IMG/VR virus record: IMGVR_UViG_3300032245_000473
Location: 10,077 to 74,076 of that record
Source of the DNA: a virus
DNA: 64,000 bases
Reading direction: 5' to 3' (one strand)
Part shown: in pieces, positions 1 through 8,607 of the stretch
Layout of the letters: the number at the start of each line of letters is the position of its first letter
Numbering within the stretch: position 1 is the first letter of the stretch
Translations under genes and position numbers: made by a program
Notes under the pieces: generated by a model
Databases searched by the model: none
What the model was told of the DNA's origin: nothing
What the model saw: the letters and a program-made list of their open reading frames with translations, nothing else

Positions 1-1
1 G

Positions 2-859
2 GCTTCTTTCCCCTCAGCCCCCAAGGGAACAATTCTTCAGTACACGGGTGGCGGGGCAAACGAGGGCAGGGTCTACATCCAGACATCGTCCACTGTGACG
101 ATGAACTGGGAGGAAATCAGTACCGCTTCCAACACCAACCAGCCCGGTGACATCAAGCAGTCCATGCGCTCCGCAGCGCAGATGCCGGGATGGATTCCTC
201 TTGCTGGTCAGCGGGTTACTGAGGATCAATACCCGCTGCTGTTCCTTGTGGAAGGTCTTCAGCCCTACATCACTAACGCCAGCCCCCGGTACATGGACCT
301 TCCTGACGCCACTCAGCGCACGCTGATTGGTTCTGTCACTCCCGGCGTGGTTGGCGGGTCGAATACCGTAACTCTCTCCATCAGCAATCTCCCGTCACAC
401 TCTCACAGCGTGTCAGTAAACGATGCTGGCGAGCATGACCACACCGCTACTTCCAGCCCATCTGGAGGGCATTCGCACGGGACGGTGGACGGCGGGACAC
501 ATGACCACAAGGTCATCGACAATGGGCATAAGCACGGCCCCGCAGTTATTGGTCAGGGATACATCATGGTCGATGTGCTTGGTGACTCTAACTTGGACAG
601 CGTCCAAGCAGATATGTCGCATTCATGGAGAACTAAGCCGTGGGAGTACACGGCCCCCGCAAAGACCGGTATCCAAATCGACAGTTCGTCGGGGTCCCAC
701 GACCATGTCACGACAAACGAACCAAACCACACTCATACCTTGACAGTGGACGCCACCCCGGCTCATAGCCACACGGTCAACGAATCGACCGTCGGTAACG
801 GCGCACCCGTCAACATCGTTCCGAAGTACCTGACCGTCTACACCTACATCAAGGTGTGA
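2..859 (+). CDS. tail fibre/collar-type protein, 5'-partial, with HxH metal-binding needle motifs
   Basis: Frame is open from nt 2; collar-like PGDIK...GWIPLAGQ...LPD; GGSNTVTLSISNLPSHSH; eight HxH motifs; ends PVNIVPKYLTVYTYIKV. Confidence 0.8.
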   Translation, partial: ASFPSAPKGTILQYTGGGANEGRVYIQTSSTVTMNWEEISTASNTNQPGDIKQSMRSAAQMPGWIPLAGQRVTEDQYPLLFLVEGLQPYITNASPRYMDLPDATQRTLIGSVTPGVVGGSNTVTLSISNLPSHSHSVSVNDAGEHDHTATSSPSGGHSHGTVDGGTHDHKVIDNGHKHGPAVIGQGYIMVDVLGDSNLDSVQADMSHSWRTKPWEYTAPAKTGIQIDSSSGSHDHVTTNEPNHTHTLTVDATPAHSHTVNESTVGNGAPVNIVPKYLTVYTYIKV

Positions 860-1455
860 CGATGGACACCACCTCCGCAACCGCAAGTGCGGTAGCGATT
901 GGTGCCGCAGTTGTAGCCAAGGACGGCTACAAGGTCACTGGTCGAACCGGCTGGGGTGGGTACACTCGCATTCAGAGTTCCACAGTCCAGTGGACAGAGG
1001 TAGGTGACACCTTGCCCGGCCAACCGGTCTACGATACGCCAGTGCCCTTCTACGTGTCCCCCTCTTCCCTTACCGCAATTACGATTGTGGGCGGAAGAAC
1101 TTTCGACGTGATCATGACGATCACTTCCGTGCCTTCGCTGGTGGGCGGAGAAATCGTTGCTCAGGTGCGCGCCGATAACCAGTACGGAATGCTCTTGGCG
1201 ACCATGCATGCTGAAATCATGGATGCCACACATGTTCGGTTCTGGCTGTCCCCTTACGAGACGCAGGTTGCCACGTCGTATGGAACCACCAGAGGCGTCT
1301 GGGATGCGGAGATTCGTCAGAACGGCACCGAGGTCACCATCATTCCTCAAAGCCGAGTAACCCTTCAGCAGGGCGTGACCCAACTGAATGGCAGTTACCC
1401 CATCCCGACCGATGGAACCGGTTATGCCTATAACGCTGTGGTGGTGACTTCATGA
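856..1455 (+). CDS. virion structural protein (possible Ig-like/BppU-like C-terminal half)
   Basis: GTGA overlap with upstream gene; AQVRA...GVWDAEIR beta-strand pattern. Confidence 0.55.
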   Translation: MTMDTTSATASAVAIGAAVVAKDGYKVTGRTGWGGYTRIQSSTVQWTEVGDTLPGQPVYDTPVPFYVSPSSLTAITIVGGRTFDVIMTITSVPSLVGGEIVAQVRADNQYGMLLATMHAEIMDATHVRFWLSPYETQVATSYGTTRGVWDAEIRQNGTEVTIIPQSRVTLQQGVTQLNGSYPIPTDGTGYAYNAVVVTS

Positions 1456-1856
1456 AGTACATCGCCCTACGCAGTCTTCTTGCGACCGGACTGTTGGACT
1501 GGGCTACGGCACGTGTCTTTGCCGTTGCTGTGGGTAACCACACTTTCAACGAGACAGATACAAACCTGTTCGACATGCAACTGGGCGGCGTTACTGTGCT
1601 TTCCGTCGCCCCTCTGATGGGCAAGGAAGTAACCACTGACGGTTGGGCTTCTTCTCAGCCGGTCTTGCTACCAGTGGTGCAATCTGGCGGACCCTATGAC
1701 TTGATCCTTTTCTTGGATACCAACGGCGACCGAAGTGGATACGCCCCCCTTGTCTGCTTCGATAACGCCATCACTACTGCTACCAACGGGGATGTGATCG
1801 TTCGTCCTGAAGGATTCATGGCGACAAACAACACCGGAAAATGGTTTCAGTTCTAA
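1452..1856 (+). CDS. minor virion protein (small beta-rich fibre-anchor family)
   Basis: Resembles 4318..4791 (LLDW..., NGDVIV..., WFQF end); ATGA coupling. Confidence 0.6.
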   Translation: MKYIALRSLLATGLLDWATARVFAVAVGNHTFNETDTNLFDMQLGGVTVLSVAPLMGKEVTTDGWASSQPVLLPVVQSGGPYDLILFLDTNGDRSGYAPLVCFDNAITTATNGDVIVRPEGFMATNNTGKWFQF

Positions 1857-2722
1857 TGTCTGCTACCGCTCCCACTCTGGAAGGAATTGTCCTGTCGGCA
1901 CGAAACCTGCTGCGCGACTTTCCTCTGTTCTTTGAAGTAGACCTTGGACCTCTAAGGGTTAGCACTATCCGTCTTCCCCACCCGAACGTGGAAGGCGACA
2001 CTCTTCAGGTTTATACCGCAGCCCAACCGGGTCCGAACGCTGTTGATGCAGAACACCTTGTCATGCTTCCGGTTACAGCGTGGACAGTTGACGAGAGAAA
2101 CGGGCTGTTGAAGTTCTCTTCGACGGAATACCAAGGTCAGCGTGTGTTCGTAGCCGGGTATCACTACGAGTGGTTCTTGAACGCTGACCTTGCGTTCTAC
2201 GCTTCGGCCACTGTCGGAGAGCATTTCTTTCAGCGCCACGACCAGAACTTGTCCTCAATCAGTACGGTTGAACTGGATGTGATCGCTATGGGCACCGTGG
2301 TCCGTGCCCTTTGGTCATTGGTAACTGAGTTCAGTACTGATATTGATGTGAACAGCCCTGAGGGCATGTTCATCCCAGCCCGTCAGCGGTTCCAGCAGGT
2401 ATGGCAAATGTTGGAGTACTGGGAGAAGCAATACGACGAGAGGGCAAAGAGCCTCAATGTTGGGCTTCAGAACATCGACATCTTCAACCTGCGACGGGTT
2501 GCGAAGATGACTGGAAGGTTCGTCCCGATGTACAAGGACCGGGAATACGACGACCATAACCCCCCGACTCGCGTGTACCAGAACATCCCTGACCTGTCTA
2601 CGCACGACCCCGGCCCCGGTGTCGGTGGAACCCCAGTAGCAACAGTGGAAGAGATCGGCCGTGAGTCCGCTGACCTTGGGTTTGGTGGCTGGCAGTCCGG
2701 TGGAACCAACGGGGGCATCTAA
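1856..2722 (+). CDS. head-tail adaptor-like neck protein
   Basis: TAATG-coupled start at 1856; DIDVNSPEGMFIPARQRFQQ and LRRVAKMTGRFVP motifs typical of actinomyovirus neck proteins; position. Confidence 0.6.
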   Translation: MSATAPTLEGIVLSARNLLRDFPLFFEVDLGPLRVSTIRLPHPNVEGDTLQVYTAAQPGPNAVDAEHLVMLPVTAWTVDERNGLLKFSSTEYQGQRVFVAGYHYEWFLNADLAFYASATVGEHFFQRHDQNLSSISTVELDVIAMGTVVRALWSLVTEFSTDIDVNSPEGMFIPARQRFQQVWQMLEYWEKQYDERAKSLNVGLQNIDIFNLRRVAKMTGRFVPMYKDREYDDHNPPTRVYQNIPDLSTHDPGPGVGGTPVATVEEIGRESADLGFGGWQSGGTNGGI

Positions 2723-3081
2723 TGTCCCGGTTGGCGCTGTTCCACGGAACAGCAAACTGGTTCCTTCCCGGCGCAAAGGTTGATCCTTCTTGGCACGGTC
2801 TTCTTGGCGTTACACCGAAGAGGGTGCTTGGGCGCAATATACAACCTGCTGCTTGGGGGTCCACATCCTTGGAGGGTGCGGCAAGGTACTCCGCAGCCAA
2901 GGGTGAGCGATCTGCACAGCCTCCTCTCTTCTCCCCGGTGTACGAGGTAGAGCCAACTAGCCCTAAAGAAGATTTGAAGCGAATCAACTGGGATACCGGA
3001 GAGTCTTACGTGGGCGACCCTCACGGGATGACTGTGAAGCGGCTGGCTGGTTACGCCGATTACAACGGGGAGGTGATGTGA
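2722..3081 (+). CDS. Arr-like ADP-ribosyltransferase domain protein
   Basis: LFHGTANWFLPGAKVDP...AWGSTSLEGAARYS...VYEVEPT follows the Arr pattern FHGT..L.PG....A..YA...VY.VEP. Confidence 0.65.
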   Translation: MSRLALFHGTANWFLPGAKVDPSWHGLLGVTPKRVLGRNIQPAAWGSTSLEGAARYSAAKGERSAQPPLFSPVYEVEPTSPKEDLKRINWDTGESYVGDPHGMTVKRLAGYADYNGEVM

Positions 3082-3701
3082 TGGCTATCGACCCTCGTCG
3101 TGAGGCCGGGCACGTCGCCCGAGAATTCACTCGGTACCAGAACACAGTTGGCGAAGCCGTGCTGTGGTACGTGTTTGACACGGTCAACAGCCAGTATGAC
3201 TCGGTGTACGACGAGGGATACCGTCGTTACGAACTGCCTCTAAGAGTTCCAGTACTTTGGACTGACCAGCAGGAAGCCGCCGAGGATTACTCACCGGAAG
3301 GCCGTCGACCCTCCCAGCGACTACGTTTCGCTGTCGGAGCGAGGCAGTTGTTTGAGCAAGGAATCTCGGTTACCGAGGCCCATGGGAACAGGATTTCTGA
3401 TACTCAGGTATCACCTGTGTGGAAGGACGACCGACTCAACGACCTCATCTTCTACGACGGCAGGTTCTACGAGATCAGCAACTTCCAGATTCGTGGCCGT
3501 CTACAAGGTGAAGATGTGGTCATCGGTGTGTCTTGTATCGAGACGAAACCTGCGGATGAGTTGAACTTGGATAACGTCCCCGACGCTTGGTTCCCGGTTC
3601 CCCCGTTGAACCCGACTACCCCAACCACTCCTGAAGTGGTTCTCGGTCCTACTGCCCCCACCAATCCTCAGGTGGGAGACATCTGGCTGGATACGCAGTG
3701 A
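3078..3701 (+). CDS. head closure/neck protein with C-terminal PTAPTNPQVGDIWLDT motif
   Basis: YDSVYDEG, DRLNDLIFYDGRFYEISNFQIRGRL; position. Confidence 0.6.
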   Translation: MMAIDPRREAGHVAREFTRYQNTVGEAVLWYVFDTVNSQYDSVYDEGYRRYELPLRVPVLWTDQQEAAEDYSPEGRRPSQRLRFAVGARQLFEQGISVTEAHGNRISDTQVSPVWKDDRLNDLIFYDGRFYEISNFQIRGRLQGEDVVIGVSCIETKPADELNLDNVPDAWFPVPPLNPTTPTTPEVVLGPTAPTNPQVGDIWLDTQ

Positions 3702-3943
3702 AACATCTCCTCTTCGTAGGACAAACATTTGGGAGGGGAATTGTCACCTCAGTCGGACGACGAAATGGGAAACGTGGTGCCACTCTTCGCTGCACGTGCG
3801 GCAAGGAGTACTGGACTCAAGCGTCCAACCTATTCCGAGAGCCGGGTACTGTCTCTTGCGGATGCTATAAAGCGGAGAGAGCAAGAAACTCCCGTATCCA
3901 CCACAGCACCGATGCATGGTGTAACATTGTCGTTGGATACTGA
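3698..3943 (+). pseudogene. truncated HNH/AP2-type homing endonuclease (N-terminal Zn module only)
   Basis: GQTFGRGIV...LRCTCGKE...NL...TVSCGC, then a stop before any nuclease domain. Confidence 0.65.
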
Positions 3944-3954
3944 TTGAGGAAATC

Positions 3955-4305
3955 ATGAGTAACGCATCGGGACATAGCGCAGCCTTCAACGCCGGGATCG
4001 TGGTCCGCATGGACACCAACTGGCAATGCAATTCCTGTGGGATGCAGCACGTCGAACCGGCAAGGGCCGAAGTCATCACTCCCATGCATGCATGTGGCGG
4101 GATGGCGGGGGCTTGGGTGCCGTTCGTACCCGCAAATTCGACTGCTCGCTTGCGAGTGGAAGAACGGCAGGATTACATCGGCAAAGACACTCCATTCTTG
4201 GATGCCAAAGGCCGTCCGATCATGTCGGTTTACACAATGCGGGAGGATGGCGAGGATTGCCATATTCTCGCCCCCGCCGTCAACCTGAACATCCAAGCCT
4301 CATAA
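3955..4305 (+). CDS. Cys/His-containing hypothetical virion-cluster protein
   Basis: SD GAGGA; CNSC...HAC...EERQDYIG...DGEDC. Confidence 0.7.
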   Translation: MSNASGHSAAFNAGIVVRMDTNWQCNSCGMQHVEPARAEVITPMHACGGMAGAWVPFVPANSTARLRVEERQDYIGKDTPFLDAKGRPIMSVYTMREDGEDCHILAPAVNLNIQAS

Positions 4306-4317
4306 GGAGACAACACC

Positions 4318-4791
4318 ATGGCGTTCACCGCCTCCGCAATTTTCCGTCAGATGGTCGCCGATACCTTCGCTGGTACGGCGGTCTTCGACCTCAACGCCCC
4401 CACCGATGTCTACAAGGTGGCCCTGTACAACAACACCGGCACCCCTGACAAGGACGCTACCGCTGCTTTGTCGACGTACGCCGCTGCTACCAGCGCATGG
4501 GTCACCGGCAACGAGGTCAGTCAGGCCGTGACGTGGCCGGTCGGTGGCGTTACCGCTGCCTCGCTGACGATCACGACCCCGTCCTCGGGCGTCATCATGT
4601 TCGACGCCGCCGACACTGCCTCGGGCGCTTCGGCCACCCTGTCGAACGTGTACGGCAGCCTCATCTACAACGACACCAAGAGCCCCAAGCAGGGCGTCTG
4701 CTACAACTACTTCGGTGGTGCCAACAGCGTGACCAGCGGCGTCCTCACCGTGGTGTGGAACGCCAACGGCATCTTCCGCATCACCGTCTGA
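4318..4791 (+). CDS. minor virion protein (fibre-anchor-like beta protein)
   Basis: SD AAGGAG; YKVALYNN...NEVS...FDAAD...LIYNDT...VWNANGIFRIT; strong codon bias. Confidence 0.8.
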   Translation: MAFTASAIFRQMVADTFAGTAVFDLNAPTDVYKVALYNNTGTPDKDATAALSTYAAATSAWVTGNEVSQAVTWPVGGVTAASLTITTPSSGVIMFDAADTASGASATLSNVYGSLIYNDTKSPKQGVCYNYFGGANSVTSGVLTVVWNANGIFRITV

Positions 4792-4805
4792 CCTGCCCCC
4801 ACAGG

Positions 4806-4845
4806 AGAGAAGCCCGAGGGGTTCCTATCCCCCTCGGGCTTTCTC
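4806..4845 (+). terminator. intrinsic terminator-like hairpin
   Basis: AGCCCGAGGGG/CCCCTCGGGCT stem followed by TTCTC, just after the 4791 stop. Confidence 0.75.
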
Positions 4846-4875
4846 ATACCCATCGTCATACCTCATCGGAGAATC

Positions 4876-5034
4876 ATGGACATCCCGTACAACTCTGAGC
4901 AAGTCATCCAGTTGCTGGCTGACCAAATCGCTGCCTTGACGCGTGACAACGCCATCCTTCTTTCGGCGTTGCAGGTCGCCCAATCGGTTCAGCAATCGCA
5001 GTACGATTCAGGAGAGAATACGCCTCCCGCATAG
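4876..5034 (+). CDS. 52-aa coiled-coil protein (absent from the ORF track)
   Basis: SD GGAG; MDIPYNSEQVIQLLADQIAALTRDNAILLSALQ... heptad pattern. Confidence 0.7.
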   Translation: MDIPYNSEQVIQLLADQIAALTRDNAILLSALQVAQSVQQSQYDSGENTPPA

Positions 5035-5054
5035 TCGGGTTAGAAAGGACACCC

Positions 5055-5438
5055 ATGGCTACTGGACTCGCACCCGCAGGGGCAAACACACCGCTGGACG
5101 CAATCCGAACGGACACGCCGTTCATTCAACTTCATGTTGGTGACCCCGGTGTAAGTGGTGTCGCTAATAAGGCGACCGAAGTCACCCGTAAGGCGGTGAC
5201 GTTCGGCGCAGCCACCAACTCTGCTGGCACGTCCACCATGACGAACACGGCGCAAGTGCAATGGACGAACATCGCCGGTTCGCAGGATGCGACGCACTTC
5301 ACGATCTGGAACACCGCTACGGACGGCACTGGTACCTTCAAGTTCTCTGGCACCATCACCGCCAACCCGTACACGGCCGGTGACACGTTCACCGCTGCTG
5401 TGGGTGCCATCGTTCTCACTATCACAACGGCAGGCTGA
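5055..5438 (+). CDS. minor tail/fibre-anchor protein
   Basis: SD AAAGGA; FIQLHVGDPG..G.AN...TRKAVTFGAA...THFTIW...GDTFT, an actinophage minor-tail pattern. Confidence 0.75.
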   Translation: MATGLAPAGANTPLDAIRTDTPFIQLHVGDPGVSGVANKATEVTRKAVTFGAATNSAGTSTMTNTAQVQWTNIAGSQDATHFTIWNTATDGTGTFKFSGTITANPYTAGDTFTAAVGAIVLTITTAG

Positions 5439-5443
5439 TCTAG

Positions 5444-5866
5444 ATGGCACTCGGATTCTCCACCACGCTCCGCAACAACCAACTGGATCAGATCACTAGC
5501 GCAGCGGGCGCAGCAGCCAAACTCCAGTTCTACGATGGCGGTTCCACACCGTTGACGCTGGGACAGAGGCCCGCCACCGGCTTGACGCCGCTCACCGGCT
5601 ACACCAAGTTGGCTGAACTGACTTGCAACGCCACGTTTGCGCCGTCAGCGACAGGTGGTGTGTTGACATTGAACGCTGTTACTAGCGCAGCAGCGTTGGC
5701 GACCGGCACCGCCATCTGGTTCCGCATCACCACCTCGGGTGGCACGTTCGTGATGGACGGCACCGTGGGTCAAAGTGGCCAAGACCTCAACATGTCCACA
5801 ACCTCGTTCGTGCAGTCGGCAACGATCAGCGTAACCTCGTTCACCATCACGGCAGGCAACCCGTAA
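5444..5866 (+). CDS. minor virion protein (fibre-anchor-like)
   Basis: STTLRNNQLD...TGTAIWFRI...MDGTVG...DLNMSTTSFV...SVTSFTITAGN. Confidence 0.75.
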   Translation: MALGFSTTLRNNQLDQITSAAGAAAKLQFYDGGSTPLTLGQRPATGLTPLTGYTKLAELTCNATFAPSATGGVLTLNAVTSAAALATGTAIWFRITTSGGTFVMDGTVGQSGQDLNMSTTSFVQSATISVTSFTITAGNP

Positions 5867-6210
5867 TGGCAGTCACCCTTGCTGCGGGCAACACCTACAC
5901 GGCAACCACAGCCTCACCCGGCACCGCCGTTCACACCGTCACCACCGCAGGCACGTTCACGTTCCACATCGACCTGACCACTATGGCAGCAGGTGACGTA
6001 GTGGAACTTCGCATCTACTCCAAGGTGCTAACCGGCTCAACACCGCGTGTCGTGTATTACCAGCAGTACCGCAACGCCCAAGCAACAGACAACGCCGTCC
6101 AGATCAGCGTGCCAATCTCCAACGATCTTGTAGAAGCAAACGCACTCCAGTTCTACGTCTATCAAAGCGTGAACCGAAGTTTGCCGTGGAAAGTATTGCA
6201 GTACGTCTAA
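5866..6210 (+). CDS. small beta-sandwich virion protein
   Basis: TAATG coupling at both ends; IDLTTMAAGDVVELRIY...PWKVL. Confidence 0.7.
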   Translation: MAVTLAAGNTYTATTASPGTAVHTVTTAGTFTFHIDLTTMAAGDVVELRIYSKVLTGSTPRVVYYQQYRNAQATDNAVQISVPISNDLVEANALQFYVYQSVNRSLPWKVLQYV

Positions 6211-6851
6211 TGGCATGGTGGCCCGGAGAGAACCTCCAAGTCTCAGGAGGCAACGTCTTTGTCGGGCCAATGTCCCCACAAGGCAACATTCCTGACTTCC
6301 TCAACCTGTTCGGTAACGGCTTCACCAGCGCAAGCGCAATCAACGCAGACACCTCATACGTTGCGTTGCCGTTCGATCTCCAGAACTGGACACGCGTGGA
6401 ACGCGTATGGGGACGCGTACTCACCAACACCGCCGTCAGCACCACGCTCACCTACCAGTTCGGCATCTATGACGAAGGCACATGGAACGGCACCACATGG
6501 GTGTCCACCCTGCAATGCGCCACAGCAACCGGCCTCACCCCAGCCAACTTCGGCAACAACAGCACCATCGGTGGCAGCGCACCATTCAGCAGCCCCACGC
6601 TGCTAGCACCCGGCGTCTACTACTTCACTCAACAGATCAGCAACGCCACCGCCACCGGAGCAACCGCCACACCCGGCGCAACCACCGTCGGCAAGAACCG
6701 TGTCATGGGAGTCCGTGAAGCCGTGTTCAACTCCGCACCCAACACGGGCACCGCGATGCCTGCGACGATCACATGGCGCGCACCCGGTTCCATGACATCG
6801 ACATGGAATCCGGTCACCAACTTCACCATCGTTGGAACGGTCGTGACCTAA
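6210..6851 (+). CDS. beta-sandwich appendage/receptor-binding-like protein, paralog A1
   Basis: LPF.L...GIYD...LAPGVYY...MGVREA...MPATITWRAP; coupled start. Confidence 0.7.
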   Translation: MAWWPGENLQVSGGNVFVGPMSPQGNIPDFLNLFGNGFTSASAINADTSYVALPFDLQNWTRVERVWGRVLTNTAVSTTLTYQFGIYDEGTWNGTTWVSTLQCATATGLTPANFGNNSTIGGSAPFSSPTLLAPGVYYFTQQISNATATGATATPGATTVGKNRVMGVREAVFNSAPNTGTAMPATITWRAPGSMTSTWNPVTNFTIVGTVVT

Positions 6852-7462
6852 TGCTGTATCCCGTCCCGTATCAGTCACCGGCACCTGTCGTGTTTGGGCC
6901 GTTCTCCTCGGACAACATGGGTGAGTACGCCCTTATCCAGTCGTGGACATGGACCACCGGGACGAGTACACAGAATAATCCGTTTTTGTACGGTATACCG
7001 TTTACTTTGCAATCTCCTGTTTTGGCACAAAGAATATCGGCATCAACCGCTAGTCCGAGTGTCACATATGATTACATCTTTGCCATTTATGATGATCGTG
7101 GCGTATTGCAAGCCCAGACACTTGCATATGGTCTTTCCTCAGGAAATCCACGACCGGGAGGTGGAGCACTCTCAAACGTAACCGCAGGTCTTTTTCCGCT
7201 CACCTCGGCTACCACTCTTATGGCAGGTAATTATTACCTGTCATTTATTGCGTATATGGGAGTGGGAACAGGAGGAACTGGACTAAATGCCGCTTCTACG
7301 TCCACACCCATTCAGACCAACGTCGCTCTCGGCGTGAAAGAAGCCGATGTTGCATGGAATCCGGGTACGTCGACATCACTACCGTCTACCGTGACATGGC
7401 GTACACCAACCATCACCCAATGCGCCCTAGTTCAGATTCAGGGAATCGGGGTGAGCATCTAA
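6851..7462 (+). CDS. beta-sandwich appendage protein, paralog A2
   Basis: IPFTL...AIYD...LMAGNYY...LGVKEA...LPSTVTWRTP; AT-richer middle. Confidence 0.7.
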   Translation: MLYPVPYQSPAPVVFGPFSSDNMGEYALIQSWTWTTGTSTQNNPFLYGIPFTLQSPVLAQRISASTASPSVTYDYIFAIYDDRGVLQAQTLAYGLSSGNPRPGGGALSNVTAGLFPLTSATTLMAGNYYLSFIAYMGVGTGGTGLNAASTSTPIQTNVALGVKEADVAWNPGTSTSLPSTVTWRTPTITQCALVQIQGIGVSI

Positions 7463-8040
7463 TGGACTTCCCCGGAATTTGGGTACAGCCCCTTATGGTA
7501 TCCACAATGGGGCGTTATGGCACGCTAGAACCTGCCATGTCGATGCTAAACGGCCCTGTCTTACCCGCAAGCGGAACATTCGGGGCTGCTACGGGTGACG
7601 CTGTTCTAGCACCGTTCACCATCCCCGGCCCATGCCTCATCTCGTCAATGTGGTGGTACAACGGCACCACCTCAGCAGGAAACATCGACGTAGGCATCTA
7701 CACGGTCAACACGGGCGGCACCACCGTCACCCGGCTTTGCTCCACGGGTGCAGTCGCACAAGGCACCGTCAGCATCTTGCAATCTGCCAACATCACCGCA
7801 GGCAACATCCGGTTAGAACCGGGCACCTACTATTTGGCGATTGCCAACTCGTCTACCGGAACCTTATTCGGGAGAGTCGTCCCAACAACAGCGGCCAACG
7901 CACAGTATGCGTTCGGTTGGCAGACAGCAGCAACAAGCGGCGGCACAGGCACCCTCGCCACCACCCTTACCGCAGCCACATGGACAGGACTACGGTATCC
8001 CGTGTTCGGGTTCAGCCGCCTGCCGTCCGGTCAATACTAA
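7462..8040 (+). CDS. beta-sandwich appendage protein, paralog B1
   Basis: MDFPGIWVQPLM...GNIDVGIY...STGA.AQ...LEPGTYYLA. Confidence 0.75.
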   Translation: MDFPGIWVQPLMVSTMGRYGTLEPAMSMLNGPVLPASGTFGAATGDAVLAPFTIPGPCLISSMWWYNGTTSAGNIDVGIYTVNTGGTTVTRLCSTGAVAQGTVSILQSANITAGNIRLEPGTYYLAIANSSTGTLFGRVVPTTAANAQYAFGWQTAATSGGTGTLATTLTAATWTGLRYPVFGFSRLPSGQY

Positions 8041-8049
8041 GGTTGCGGC

Positions 8050-8607
8050 ATGGACTTCCCCGGTGAATGGGTACAGCCCTTGATGATCTCGTCATTGGGC
8101 CGGTACAGCAACTTCGGCCTCTCCTACACCGCCCTGTCTGCTCCTGCCGCACCCGCATCCGGTGCCATGCAATCCGTCAACGGGCAAACCTGCCTCATTG
8201 GTTTCACACTTCCCGGCCCGTACACCATCCGCGCCTTCTGGGTTTACAACGGTGCCACCGTCAGCGGCAACATCGACCTCGGCATCTACGTCACCAATCC
8301 CGGCCAAACCACCCTCAGCCGCATCCTGTCCACAGGCGCAACCGCCCAGTCAGGCGGCAGCACGGTGCAAACCGTAACCTGCACTGCCACCCGTCTAGAC
8401 CGTGGCACCTACTACATGGCGTTGACCGCATCCGCTTCTGCGGCCACGTTCTTCAGTATCACCCCGACGTTTGCGTTGGCTGGCGGCATGGGTTGCCACA
8501 TTGCGACCACCGCAGGCTCGCTGCCGACCACGATCACACCGGCCACATGGGGGCTGCCCACCTATCGCATCCCGTGGATGGGTTTCTCTAGGAACACGAC
8601 GATATGA
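8050..8607 (+). CDS. beta-sandwich appendage protein, paralog B2
   Basis: MDFPGEWVQPLM...GNIDLGIY...STGA.AQ...LDRGTYYMA; leaderless TAAGGT-N6-ATG. Confidence 0.75.
   Translation: MDFPGEWVQPLMISSLGRYSNFGLSYTALSAPAAPASGAMQSVNGQTCLIGFTLPGPYTIRAFWVYNGATVSGNIDLGIYVTNPGQTTLSRILSTGATAQSGGSTVQTVTCTATRLDRGTYYMALTASASAATFFSITPTFALAGGMGCHIATTAGSLPTTITPATWGLPTYRIPWMGFSRNTTI

Noticed and set aside
6210-8607. Diversity-generating retroelement or shufflon
   Set aside because: No reverse transcriptase, recombinase, inverted repeats or adenine-only mismatched TR/VR pair seen in this window
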